Shown here: piece after piece, positions 9,141 through 18,139 of the stretch
Layout: every line of letters starts with the position of its first letter
Position numbering within the stretch: the stretch's first letter is position 1
IMG/VR virus record: IMGVR_UViG_3300017971_000272
Span: 1-64,000 of that record
Direction: 5' to 3' (one strand)
DNA from: a virus
DNA length: 64,000 nt
Position numbers and translations under genes: made by a program
Notes under the pieces: generated by a model
What the model was told of the DNA's origin: nothing
Seen by the model: the letters and a program-made list of their open reading frames with translations, nothing else
Database searches by the model: none

Positions 9141-12100
9141 TTATATTGATGATGCTTGTGCTCTTTCCAATGCCTTAATCATGCTCAAAGCTTCTTGTTG
9201 CTGGAACATGCCTCTATAAGTTCCTTGACTACCTACCCTTAGATCTACAGCTATTTGCTTTAATGTATTGGTCACATTTCCACCTGATGCAAATCCTTTT
9301 GGAACTATACCACCTGTTGAGAATTTTTGTGGAGTATATCTTGAAAATAAATTCTTAACATCTGATCCACTTTTTACTTTATTCATAGATTCCATAAATC
9401 CAGGTAATGAAGTATCCATTACCCTTGTAGATACTGCATTAGTAACACGTTCACCAAATGTCAATAAAGCAGGGACTACATCCGATAAACCAAAACCGGG
9501 AACTTTAAAACCTTCACTTACTGTTGGACCTACAGGACCTCCCTCAGCTCTTCTTATAGATGTGGCAGTTCCTACCCCTCTTTGTGATGTTCCTCCTCTG
9601 GCAGTAGAAGCAGTTTTTGATGCATAACTTTCAATGGAATCTATATCTTCTTTAGTTCTTTTTACTATATCATCACTTGTATCAGCGAATTTTTGTTTGA
9701 ATATTTCATCTAAAGCAGTTAATTTATCTTGCTGTTGTTTAATGCCCTCATCCAAGGCTCCCATCATTCTTTGGTTATACATATTCATATCACTTGTGGC
9801 TAATTCAGCATATCTATTCATCAATGAGGCCATATAATTAGCGTATTTATTTGTTAACTGTTCAAGTGCCTTTTCTGCTACTGCTGTTTTAATATCTATT
9901 TCCATATCTTGATTAACAGTATCAGCAAGTAAATTAACCTTATCTACTAATAAAAGGATTTGTTGTTTGGATTCCTCCATAGCTTGCTGGTTTATTTCTT
10001 GTTGTTTCTTTAATCCTTCCATATACAGATCAAGGGCTTTTTCAGCATTGCTTCCAGCTTGTTTCATTTGATTAAGAGCTTGATCATTAGTTTCTTTTAT
10101 GATCTTATTCTGTTCAGTTTCATATGTTCTTAAAGCATCACCAGCTTTTTGACCATATTCATTTACTAAATCAATGGCTGTTTCAGTGGTTTCTTCCAAT
10201 GCTTGAACAGTATTGCCTTCAGCATCTTGGACATCTCTTGCAAGAGTCTCAGCAAGTTCTTGCGCTTTTAAATATAATTGGGAAGCAAGTTCGTATTCAC
10301 CTTTTAACTCTGCCTCTCTTGCTTTAGCTGCTATCTCTTCAGCCTGCCTTCTATCATCTCTCCACTTTTCAAGATCACTCATTAAACCTTGTTGTAATGA
10401 TCTTATCTTTTCATCAGTGGTTTCAGTTATGCCAAGTATTTGTTCAGACATATCAACATATGTCTGAACTAATTCAGATGCAAGACCTTGTGCCTTAATA
10501 AAATAATCCTTAGCCATCATGTATTGGCCTTCTTGCATCATTCTATTTGCTTCAGCATAAGCACTATCATATTGCATTCTTTTGTTTACTAAATCTTCTT
10601 GTCCACTAAGAATAGTAGCATTGGCTTCAGCTATGATATCTACTGTGTTTTGTGCTATAGATATCCTTTCCTCTTCAATTTCCTCCATTTCCTTAGCAAG
10701 ACGTTTCTGTTCTCCAAGTAACTTATCTATATTTTTAGATGCCTCATCATAATATTTTTCAATATCTTCCAGCATTGCTTCCAAGGTATCGGAATGTGCT
10801 CTACCTATTTTTTTACCATTAAAATACATGGTTTGTATAAGGGTGTCTACTTCACCTACCATATCAGCTACATTGCTACCAAGATCCTCAGAGACATTTT
10901 GGAATTCCTCACCTATATTAGTGGAGAAATTGCCTATCTTTTCAACTATACCAAGTAATTTATCACCAAAATCTTTAAATTCTTTTGTAGTGTCTTCAAT
11001 CCCTTTTTTAAAATCCATGACAGCCTTGCCAGCACCTTGAACACCTTTGCGGACAATTATCATGGTTCCACCTTTTTCTTTATCTGCTTCAGCACTTTTT
11101 TCAGTTGCTTTAGTGGCTTCAGATGTGGCCTTTGCTCCATCTTTCTTAGCTGCTGTTAATGCCTTTTCAGCAGCTATCTTTTTTTGAATAGCTGCTTTAT
11201 ATTCATCACTATCCCTACCGTACCTTATCTTAGCATCATTGGCTTCTTTTTGGGCTATCCTTACCTTATCATTTAAATAAGATTGTTCAGCAGCAGTCTT
11301 TCTCTTAACGGCTTCTAAATGGGATATTGTTCCTTGATTTTCCAGTTGTTCTATATAACCGATACTCTGTTCATGCATAGCATCTTTTTGCTGCAAATGC
11401 TGTTGTTCTTGTTCCTGCAATTGAGCTGCTGTTTCTTCTGCTTGAGCTATTCTTGCTTCATCCAATGAAGCTTGAGCCTCAAAAAGTTCTTCTTGGGCTT
11501 TTTTATATTGTTTAGTATCTTCTCCATACATTCCGGATATAGCTTGAAAATATTCCTTGGCTATATCCAATAGCTTTTTAGCTTTTTGCTCATTTACCCT
11601 AACTGCTTCTGATGCAGCTTTCTTTTCACTTTTAAGATTCTTGGCTTGTGCTAATTGTATAGATCTTACTTCTTTATCAAGCTGGTTTTCTATTTTTTTC
11701 TTTCTTACATCATAAGATTTAACAATAGCTTCTGTTTGTGCTTTAATAGAATTTTGAACAACTTTCTTCTGGAAGTCTGCAAGTTCAAGAGTTATTAATT
11801 TCTCTTTTTCTGCATTCTCCATTGAGCTATCTAAAATATTTTGTAAATTGGTCTGATGAGTTTGCAAGATAGCATTAAATCCTATTTTTGCATCTTCAGA
11901 CATCTTAAGGAAAGTTTGTTTATATTGAGATTTTAATTGTTCGGTTAATTGAGTGCTTGTATTGGATATATTTACCTTACCTTGAGTCCAATTGCTTTCA
12001 ATAAGCTGTATACCCTTAGCATGTGCTTGTGTGACATTTTCAACTTGTGCTGTCATTTCATCAGCATCTAATGTCTTTTTTAAAGCCTCTGCTGCCTTAT

Positions 12101-13880
12101 CTGCTGCTTCCTGTAATTTTTCCGCTGATTCAACAGCAGCAGCATCACTTTCTTTAGTAGCTTTTGTTTTGCTTTTCATGGAAACAATTGTTCGGTTTAA
12201 TATATCTTGCTCCCTATTTAAAGCACTTAATCTTTTTTCAAGTTTAGAAGTATCTAATCCTAAAAACTGTCTTGCAGCTATGCTTAATTCATAATACCCT
12301 TTACTAACCATCAACACCATGTCATGAATAGCTGCAAATGTTAGCTGGACTCTTTCCCCTACCGATTGAGTTCCATTTTCAAATAACTTTAATTCATTTA
12401 TAATTAAACCAAGAGATATCCCCGCTATAGCAGCTCCAATAACTCCAAGAGCTATGTTAAATTTGGAGACAGCAGCAGTGCTAAGGGTTAATTGACTGGT
12501 AAATCCTTTTAATAATCCTATTGCTGCTGTCATGGACCCACCAAACATATTCATAGCCACACCAGCAGCTCCAAGAGCCAATGTGAAAGCTCCTATACCT
12601 AAAACAATGGCATCAAGTATAGGAGCTATAGGACCAAGTGATTTATGAAAATCTGTTAATAGATTTATCACTTTAGCAACTGAATTTAACATATCTGCCA
12701 TTGCTGGTTCAAGACCACTGACAATTGTCTGTACAAATCCATCAACAGCACTCATTAATCTTCTAAATGCACCTCCAAGAGTTTCCTCCATTCTATCAGA
12801 TATACCTTTTGTAGTGATATCTGTTTCATGCATTTTTTCAATCATTTTTTCAAGCGCTTCACTTCCTTGACTAATAAGAGCAAGCATTCCAGGTCCAGCT
12901 CTAAGACCAAATACCTCCATAGCTTCAGCAGTTGTGATTCCTGATTTTTCTAACTGCTTTATGATATCAACATAGCTTTTCATTTTACCATCTGAATTAG
13001 TTATCTCGATGGTTGTTTGGCCTATTCTTTTACCTAACTGATCAAGCACTTCTTGGGCTTTTTTGGTAGGACTTAGCAGCCTTGTCATGGAACCTCTTAA
13101 AGCTGTACCTCCCATTTCCCCTTTATAACCAGCATTGGCAAGCTGTCCAAGAACAGCAGTAACTTCTTCAAAATCAAACCCAGCACTTTTAGCAACTGGT
13201 CCCGCATAAGCAAAAGCTGTTCCAAGCTCTTCCAGATTGGTATTAGCAGATGTAAAACCTCTTACAAGCACATCATTAACCCTGGACATATCCTCTACTT
13301 GTAAACCATAGCCCGACATAATATTAGTAGTGATATCTGCTGCACGTCCAAGATCCATAGCTCCAGCAGAAGCAAGTTGTAAAACACCGGGCAGGGCTTG
13401 AATGGAATCTTTTACCTCAAATCCTGCCATTGACATAAATTGCAAACCTTCAGCAGCTTGGGAAGCTGTATATCTTGTTTCCCTGCCCATCTTTTGAGCA
13501 ATTTCTGTCATATCCGCCATTTGCTGTTGAGTGGCATTAGAAACAGATCCAGCTTTAGCCATAGTATCACTAAATTGCGCTATGCTTTTAACTCCCATAG
13601 CAAAAGGTGCTACCATAGCTCCACCAATAGCTGTTAATGCTATTCCTGCTTCACCTACCGATTTAGTTAGTTTTTTAAATCCCTGATCAATGTTTTTAAG
13701 CTTATTCCCTTTCTTGGAAACATTATCAAGTTCTTTACCTAACTTATCAGTACTTTTAGCTGCCTGATCAGCAGACTTATCAACAGTCTTCAGGGATGTT
13801 GCTATTTTTTTAATCCCTGCACTGGTTTTATCTACTAACTCAAATAATATTCGTACACTTTTTTCAACTGTATCAGCCAT
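9141..13880 (-). CDS. Tape measure protein (TP901-like core)
   Basis: 1579 aa, Ala-rich helical. TRYTASQAAEG..MAG, NTNLEELG, GEMGGTALR motifs. Follows the tail chaperones. Confidence 0.95.
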   Translation of the reverse strand: MADTVEKSVRILFELVDKTSAGIKKIATSLKTVDKSADQAAKSTDKLGKELDNVSKKGNKLKNIDQGFKKLTKSVGEAGIALTAIGGAMVAPFAMGVKSIAQFSDTMAKAGSVSNATQQQMADMTEIAQKMGRETRYTASQAAEGLQFMSMAGFEVKDSIQALPGVLQLASAGAMDLGRAADITTNIMSGYGLQVEDMSRVNDVLVRGFTSANTNLEELGTAFAYAGPVAKSAGFDFEEVTAVLGQLANAGYKGEMGGTALRGSMTRLLSPTKKAQEVLDQLGKRIGQTTIEITNSDGKMKSYVDIIKQLEKSGITTAEAMEVFGLRAGPGMLALISQGSEALEKMIEKMHETDITTKGISDRMEETLGGAFRRLMSAVDGFVQTIVSGLEPAMADMLNSVAKVINLLTDFHKSLGPIAPILDAIVLGIGAFTLALGAAGVAMNMFGGSMTAAIGLLKGFTSQLTLSTAAVSKFNIALGVIGAAIAGISLGLIINELKLFENGTQSVGERVQLTFAAIHDMVLMVSKGYYELSIAARQFLGLDTSKLEKRLSALNREQDILNRTIVSMKSKTKATKESDAAAVESAEKLQEAADKAAEALKKTLDADEMTAQVENVTQAHAKGIQLIESNWTQGKVNISNTSTQLTEQLKSQYKQTFLKMSEDAKIGFNAILQTHQTNLQNILDSSMENAEKEKLITLELADFQKKVVQNSIKAQTEAIVKSYDVRKKKIENQLDKEVRSIQLAQAKNLKSEKKAASEAVRVNEQKAKKLLDIAKEYFQAISGMYGEDTKQYKKAQEELFEAQASLDEARIAQAEETAAQLQEQEQQHLQQKDAMHEQSIGYIEQLENQGTISHLEAVKRKTAAEQSYLNDKVRIAQKEANDAKIRYGRDSDEYKAAIQKKIAAEKALTAAKKDGAKATSEATKATEKSAEADKEKGGTMIIVRKGVQGAGKAVMDFKKGIEDTTKEFKDFGDKLLGIVEKIGNFSTNIGEEFQNVSEDLGSNVADMVGEVDTLIQTMYFNGKKIGRAHSDTLEAMLEDIEKYYDEASKNIDKLLGEQKRLAKEMEEIEEERISIAQNTVDIIAEANATILSGQEDLVNKRMQYDSAYAEANRMMQEGQYMMAKDYFIKAQGLASELVQTYVDMSEQILGITETTDEKIRSLQQGLMSDLEKWRDDRRQAEEIAAKAREAELKGEYELASQLYLKAQELAETLARDVQDAEGNTVQALEETTETAIDLVNEYGQKAGDALRTYETEQNKIIKETNDQALNQMKQAGSNAEKALDLYMEGLKKQQEINQQAMEESKQQILLLVDKVNLLADTVNQDMEIDIKTAVAEKALEQLTNKYANYMASLMNRYAELATSDMNMYNQRMMGALDEGIKQQQDKLTALDEIFKQKFADTSDDIVKRTKEDIDSIESYASKTASTARGGTSQRGVGTATSIRRAEGGPVGPTVSEGFKVPGFGLSDVVPALLTFGERVTNAVSTRVMDTSLPGFMESMNKVKSGSDVKNLFSRYTPQKFSTGGIVPKGFASGGNVTNTLKQIAVDLRVGSQGTYRGMFQQQEALSMIKALERAQASSI

Positions 13881-14260
13881 TATTTAAGTCCTTTCATTGT
13901 TCTTGCTAATCTTTCCCAATCCCGGTTTGCTTCCTCTGGTGTTACTATTACTTTTTTCTTTTTACTTGGAGATGTCATGCTATTAATTTGTTTGTTTAGA
14001 TCTTCATATTTTAAATGATTAGCCATCCAAGCAAGTTTAGTTTCTTGTAGTTTTTCTTCATTTTTATCTGATTGCTCGTCATTAATGGCTTTCAAAAATA
14101 CTCCAATCTCTCCTAATGTATATTTTTTTATATCAATCCATCTATGACCATTCTGCACTAAGGTTTGGAAGGCTCTTCCAATTTCGTTTCCTCTTCTTTC
14201 TCTGTACTTGGCCCTTGGATCAGATTCACTATTTGATCCTTCAGGCTTACGAAGTTTTTT
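13880..14260 (-). CDS. Tail assembly chaperone, -1 frameshift extension (gpGT-like T part)
   Basis: -1 frame relative to 14158..14679, entered at the slippery site 14254-14260. Confidence 0.75.
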   Translation of the reverse strand, partial: KKLRKPEGSNSESDPRAKYRERRGNEIGRAFQTLVQNGHRWIDIKKYTLGEIGVFLKAINDEQSDKNEEKLQETKLAWMANHLKYEDLNKQINSMTSPSKKKKVIVTPEEANRDWERLARTMKGLK

Positions 14261-14679
14261 TCCAAACCCTTTTGACTTTGTATGTTCACTTCTAAACATT
14301 TACTAAATAATTCTGAAGCTATTTTAGGAGGCATTTTTCTTATACTGTCTTCAGTAATTCCCGACATATCACTAATTACTGAAATAGCATGATCAGAAAT
14401 GAAATTCCCTATTCTTGGAAGGATTAAAATGATTTGATTTATGATTTGGCTTTGACTTTGGCCTGATGTGGTGTTCATATCATTTTGAAGTTCTTGAAAA
14501 AGAACTTCTCTCCACTCCTCCATTAATGTTCCAAATCTTTTTATAACAGATGCAAAATCTTCTAACCCAAGAGGTTTAATATTGATGGTTGTTTTTCCTA
14601 TTGTATAATCTTCACCTGGAAGCAGTAAATCCCAATCTTCATTAGACAAGTCAATTTTAGTGGTTTTTTCTTCGTTCAT
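14158..14679 (-). CDS. Tail assembly chaperone (gpG-like)
   Basis: Lies between tail tube and tape measure, AGGGAG SD. Confidence 0.8.
   Translation of the reverse strand: MNEEKTTKIDLSNEDWDLLLPGEDYTIGKTTINIKPLGLEDFASVIKRFGTLMEEWREVLFQELQNDMNTTSGQSQSQIINQIILILPRIGNFISDHAISVISDMSGITEDSIRKMPPKIASELFSKCLEVNIQSQKGLEKNFVSLKDQIVNLIQGPSTEKEEETKLEEPSKP
14254..14260 (-). promoter_or_regulatory. -1 ribosomal frameshift heptamer A-AAA-AAC
   Basis: In-frame GAA AAA AAC. A -1 slip reads KKLRKPEGS.. into ORF 13880..14299. Confidence 0.75.
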
Positions 14680-14684
14680 TTTTT

Positions 14685-14779
14685 CTCCCTGATTAAAGCT
14701 TCCCTGTTTAAAAAAAGGGCAGGAAGACGGAAACAGGGAGTGTAAACGTCTTATCGGCCATATGAACCTATCCTGCCCT
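14685..14779 (-). promoter_or_regulatory. Structured intergenic RNA element / terminator with anti-SD loop
   Basis: AGGGCAGGA/TCCTGCCCT outer stem, AAGACG/CGTCTT inner stem, U-tract. Loop CUCCCUGUUU is complementary to 14701-14709 and to the SD at 14685-14691. Confidence 0.65.
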
Positions 14780-14798
14780 AAACTGTTAATTATTCTTA

Positions 14799-15848
14799 TT
14801 AAAGAATAATGACTTTACCATAAGGTTCAGTAGGATGATTAGTTTCATCCTTTAGAATCTCATAAGTGAATTCCATCATTTGCCAATCATCACCAATCCA
14901 AGATAAATCTCCACTTGGAGCTAAATCAGCTCTCCAAATAACAAGCTCTTTATTAGCTCCAACAGGATTATCAGATACGAATCTAAGTTTTCCTTCAATC
15001 TGTGTTTCTTCAAACATATTTAATGTTTGATAAGTAACAGCAGCTCTATGATACCTAATAGTAATATTAGCATCTGCTGTATCAATAGCTCCTCCCTCAA
15101 CTATATAAATCCTTCCAGTTGAACTATCTATTTTGTAATCATCATTTAATGTATAGATAGTTGTTGGAGTATCTGTATCATATACCAAAATATTGGTAGT
15201 ATCAAAAGCAGCTACAGTACCTGTCAATGCTGAAAAATCACAATCAGCACTCCAGATGCCATCAGTAATAACATCCCCATCAACTAATGCTTCATCATTA
15301 GCATCAGTATTAACAACATAAAGAATACCTGTTGTTGATGTTATTTGTGTAACAGCTATTACTTGATTATCTTTAGTACCAGAAGCCCCCACATAAATGC
15401 TATCTCCTGGAGATGGGACACCTCCTGCTAAATTATCATAAGGAACCCTGAGACAGCCAATTGATCTTGATCCTATTTCATGATACCTGTTACCTGCTAC
15501 TCCAGCATTAGCAAGTGCCTTTACTAAACTTTGCAGATTATTTCCTACTGCTGTTTGTGTCACTGAAGTTGGATCAGTCATGAATGTTAAAGCCAAATTA
15601 TCTCCATTAGGCTCATCTAATGTGATTGCGCCTGCTGGTGTAATTTGTAACACTACAGTTTTATCCTTTGACTTCAAACCTGATCTACTATTAAAATGAT
15701 CAAGTTTTTCTGTAGCAATGTTTACCGTAAAATTCGGACAGTTCCCAAGATCACGTTCACCTTCATAAGAGCCATCTGGCATTTTCTTATCGAAGAAAAG
15801 CTTACCGCGTCCAAGGGAATAATTATTAGGATTTGGAGCATTTGACAT
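14799..15848 (-). CDS. Major tail tube protein
   Basis: YSLGRGKLFF..ERDLGNCP..EKLDHFNSRSG and EGKLRFVSDNPVG..LAPSGDL..GDDWQ, with a central insertion. Confidence 0.85.
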   Translation of the reverse strand: MSNAPNPNNYSLGRGKLFFDKKMPDGSYEGERDLGNCPNFTVNIATEKLDHFNSRSGLKSKDKTVVLQITPAGAITLDEPNGDNLALTFMTDPTSVTQTAVGNNLQSLVKALANAGVAGNRYHEIGSRSIGCLRVPYDNLAGGVPSPGDSIYVGASGTKDNQVIAVTQITSTTGILYVVNTDANDEALVDGDVITDGIWSADCDFSALTGTVAAFDTTNILVYDTDTPTTIYTLNDDYKIDSSTGRIYIVEGGAIDTADANITIRYHRAAVTYQTLNMFEETQIEGKLRFVSDNPVGANKELVIWRADLAPSGDLSWIGDDWQMMEFTYEILKDETNHPTEPYGKVIIL

Positions 15849-15860
15849 TATTTTCCTCCT

Positions 15861-16283
15861 TTACTTAAGTGTATCATCTTCATACGTCATTTTAAAAATT
15901 ACCTGCATACCCAGGACCCCTGGGATTCCTTGGTTGAACGGACCTATGGTTTGGCTCTCCTTAAACATTACACCTTGTAATAAAGTAGGGCCTCCATCAA
16001 AAGCATGTAGTATAACCTCCTTGCGTAATTCCTTAACCTTTACACTGGACATCTCCCAAACCTCCACAATAATATCTAATGATCGGATTAAAGGATATCC
16101 AGTATAAGTCCTGCTTACTTCTTTTATTATGTTATCTTCGCCTTCTTGTATAAGAAGACAGGGCATGTGCTTTTCAGTAACTTGAAAATCTATATTTCTT
16201 TTAAATAACTTTAATCCCATTAAAGTAAAAATAGGTTTTAACCTATTTTCCAATGCTTCTATTCCAAGTTCTCTGTTTTCCAT
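15861..16283 (-). CDS. Tail terminator
   Basis: Synteny between the HK97 gp10-like gene and tail tube; PCLLIQEG motif. Confidence 0.6.
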   Translation of the reverse strand: MENRELGIEALENRLKPIFTLMGLKLFKRNIDFQVTEKHMPCLLIQEGEDNIIKEVSRTYTGYPLIRSLDIIVEVWEMSSVKVKELRKEVILHAFDGGPTLLQGVMFKESQTIGPFNQGIPGVLGMQVIFKMTYEDDTLK

Positions 16284-16717
16284 TATTTTATAACCTTATC
16301 AACTATATCTGCTAATGTTGTCATAAATTTATCTATACTTTTATCATCCACAACCTTATTAACCACACCTCCTACTGCTTGGGATGAATATATTTTACCT
16401 TCAGAAAGAACAGTTTTAGGTCCAGGAGATTTCCAAGGTCTTTTTCCTGGAGTAGATCCCACTTCAATAGGAACAGCATAAGGAAGGGAATTGTTTATTT
16501 CCCCTTGATATGAATCTGATGTTTGTTTAAAATCCAATTGCCATGCAGCTCTTAAGGCTCCCTTATCTACCGGAGTATTTCTTTGTATATCAGTATGAGC
16601 ATCTATTACAAATTTAGTCACAACAGATTTTGACATGCTTCTTAACTTTGGAATAATAGATCTTTCTAACTCTCTTCTAAATTTTTTAACTTCTTTGGTA
16701 TCTATTATTTTGCTCAT
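16283..16717 (-). CDS. HK97 gp10-like neck/tail component
   Basis: TPVDKGALRAAW and NSLPYAVPIEVG motifs. Confidence 0.85.
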   Translation of the reverse strand: MSKIIDTKEVKKFRRELERSIIPKLRSMSKSVVTKFVIDAHTDIQRNTPVDKGALRAAWQLDFKQTSDSYQGEINNSLPYAVPIEVGSTPGKRPWKSPGPKTVLSEGKIYSSQAVGGVVNKVVDDKSIDKFMTTLADIVDKVIK

Positions 16718-17103
16718 CCGTTAAATACCTTTTTACAGATTAATATCCACATAGCATCAGCAGGTAATAATTGAGGATGCACTACGTACCATACCTCTCC
16801 ATTGTTTCTTGTTATCTTAGCCTTATTAGCTACTTCAAATGTAACTTGTTCAGCAGGTACATAAAACACTGTATCACCTGCCCTTATATTTTGTTCCTCT
16901 GATGTTATTCTTTCAGACATTCTTTGAGTTAGAGTACCTTTGATACATTGTAAATCATATGTTTGTACAGTCTCTGTTATTTCAAATGTAACAGGGTCCT
17001 GATGTTGAGTAGGTTCAGTAGTATAAGTTACTCTTTCAGCCACATCTCCAAAAGCTGTGACAATTGTAGTAGCTGCTTTTTGAAAGGTTTCCATCAATCC
17101 CAT
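16714..17103 (-). CDS. Head closure / head-tail joining protein
   Basis: Synteny; IRAGD motif; ATGA overlap with the next gene. Confidence 0.65.
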   Translation of the reverse strand: MGLMETFQKAATTIVTAFGDVAERVTYTTEPTQHQDPVTFEITETVQTYDLQCIKGTLTQRMSERITSEEQNIRAGDTVFYVPAEQVTFEVANKAKITRNNGEVWYVVHPQLLPADAMWILICKKVFNG

Positions 17104-17610
17104 TTATTTACCTCCTCTTACTACTGAATTATCATAAGCAGACAATGTTCCATAGTCACTTAACATCTGTGCCACATATTCCGGGATTACATTTGGACGA
17201 TCAAGCCTGTCTACTTCCATTTCAAGTACATCAGCTTTTATCCGTTTGATTCCTAAAGTATCGGGTTCAGCAGTTCTATCAGATTTTAAAAGCCACTTAG
17301 CAAATTCAGATGTGGCATTAACCAGAAACTGAGGAATGCTACTATCATCTATTTTTACATTATCCTGATTATACCATTGTGTTCTTGGAACTTTTAGAGA
17401 TTGTGTATCTGAGGCTATTTTACCATCCCAATCCATTTGCTCATCTATAATCCTTGTGGCTGATATCAGTGCTCTTTTCTTGTTTGTGTCTGTAGCATTA
17501 TCCCAATCAGATATATACAAACAAGTATTCATATAGGCATTGGCTTGATCTAAAGTTGCATAGCTATTAGCATCAGATGCTCCTGGAGTGGCTATAATTT
17601 CTACAGACAT
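17104..17610 (-). CDS. Head-tail adaptor (DnaT-like ssDNA-binding family)
   Basis: ANSYATLDQANAY, ALISATRIID, QSLKVPR and IPQFLVNATSEFA motifs. Confidence 0.8.
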   Translation of the reverse strand: MSVEIIATPGASDANSYATLDQANAYMNTCLYISDWDNATDTNKKRALISATRIIDEQMDWDGKIASDTQSLKVPRTQWYNQDNVKIDDSSIPQFLVNATSEFAKWLLKSDRTAEPDTLGIKRIKADVLEMEVDRLDRPNVIPEYVAQMLSDYGTLSAYDNSVVRGGK

Positions 17611-17612
17611 TT

Positions 17613-17960
17613 TTACCCTCTTATGATATCTTGGTTAATAGTAAATGTCTCATCACTTAAATCTATCTCATAATGTAATTCAGCACCCCATTCAAGCTGT
17701 AGAGCCATATAATAATCACCTGTATTCTGATCAGTATCTGTAGGATTTAAAACTATACTGACATATCCTAAACTGGGATCATTTATAGTTATTCCATTTC
17801 CTACTGATTTAGATATTATAGCAGAGGAGTCGGGGTCAGTTTTATTTTGCTTTACCATAAACAAAATAGATGTAGCTGAAGTCAGATTATCTAATAATTC
17901 CTTATTACCATCTCTAACAGCTATAGTCAATACAACTGAATTTCCTTTTTTTATTATCAT
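17613..17960 (-). CDS. BppU-N-like virion protein
   Basis: IKKGNS..G.VSIVL.P.DT..GDYY pattern. Confidence 0.55.
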   Translation of the reverse strand: MIIKKGNSVVLTIAVRDGNKELLDNLTSATSILFMVKQNKTDPDSSAIISKSVGNGITINDPSLGYVSIVLNPTDTDQNTGDYYMALQLEWGAELHYEIDLSDETFTINQDIIRG

Positions 17961-18139
17961 AATTCCTCTTCTTTTTCTATCACTCCATTTAATTGATATT
18001 GAATCTCTACCGTTCCATTTAGTTCGTTAATCTGTTGTATTTCCCCTTGCAATGGATACTCTATTATCACGGATTCAATAGGTCCGATACTTTTTACCTT
18101 GGACTGAATGCCTTTAGTCATTATCCCTATACTTGCCAT
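17957..18139 (-). CDS. Small virion-region protein
   Basis: Translationally coupled on both sides. Confidence 0.6.
   Translation of the reverse strand: MASIGIMTKGIQSKVKSIGPIESVIIEYPLQGEIQQINELNGTVEIQYQLNGVIEKEEEL

Noticed and set aside
9268-13637. + strand ORFs inside the tape measure gene, and similar ones at 22188-23375, 32696-33319, 59687 and 63457-63961
   Set aside because: Antisense or alternate-frame shadows with no clear SD and no protein motifs, unlike 35114..35866.
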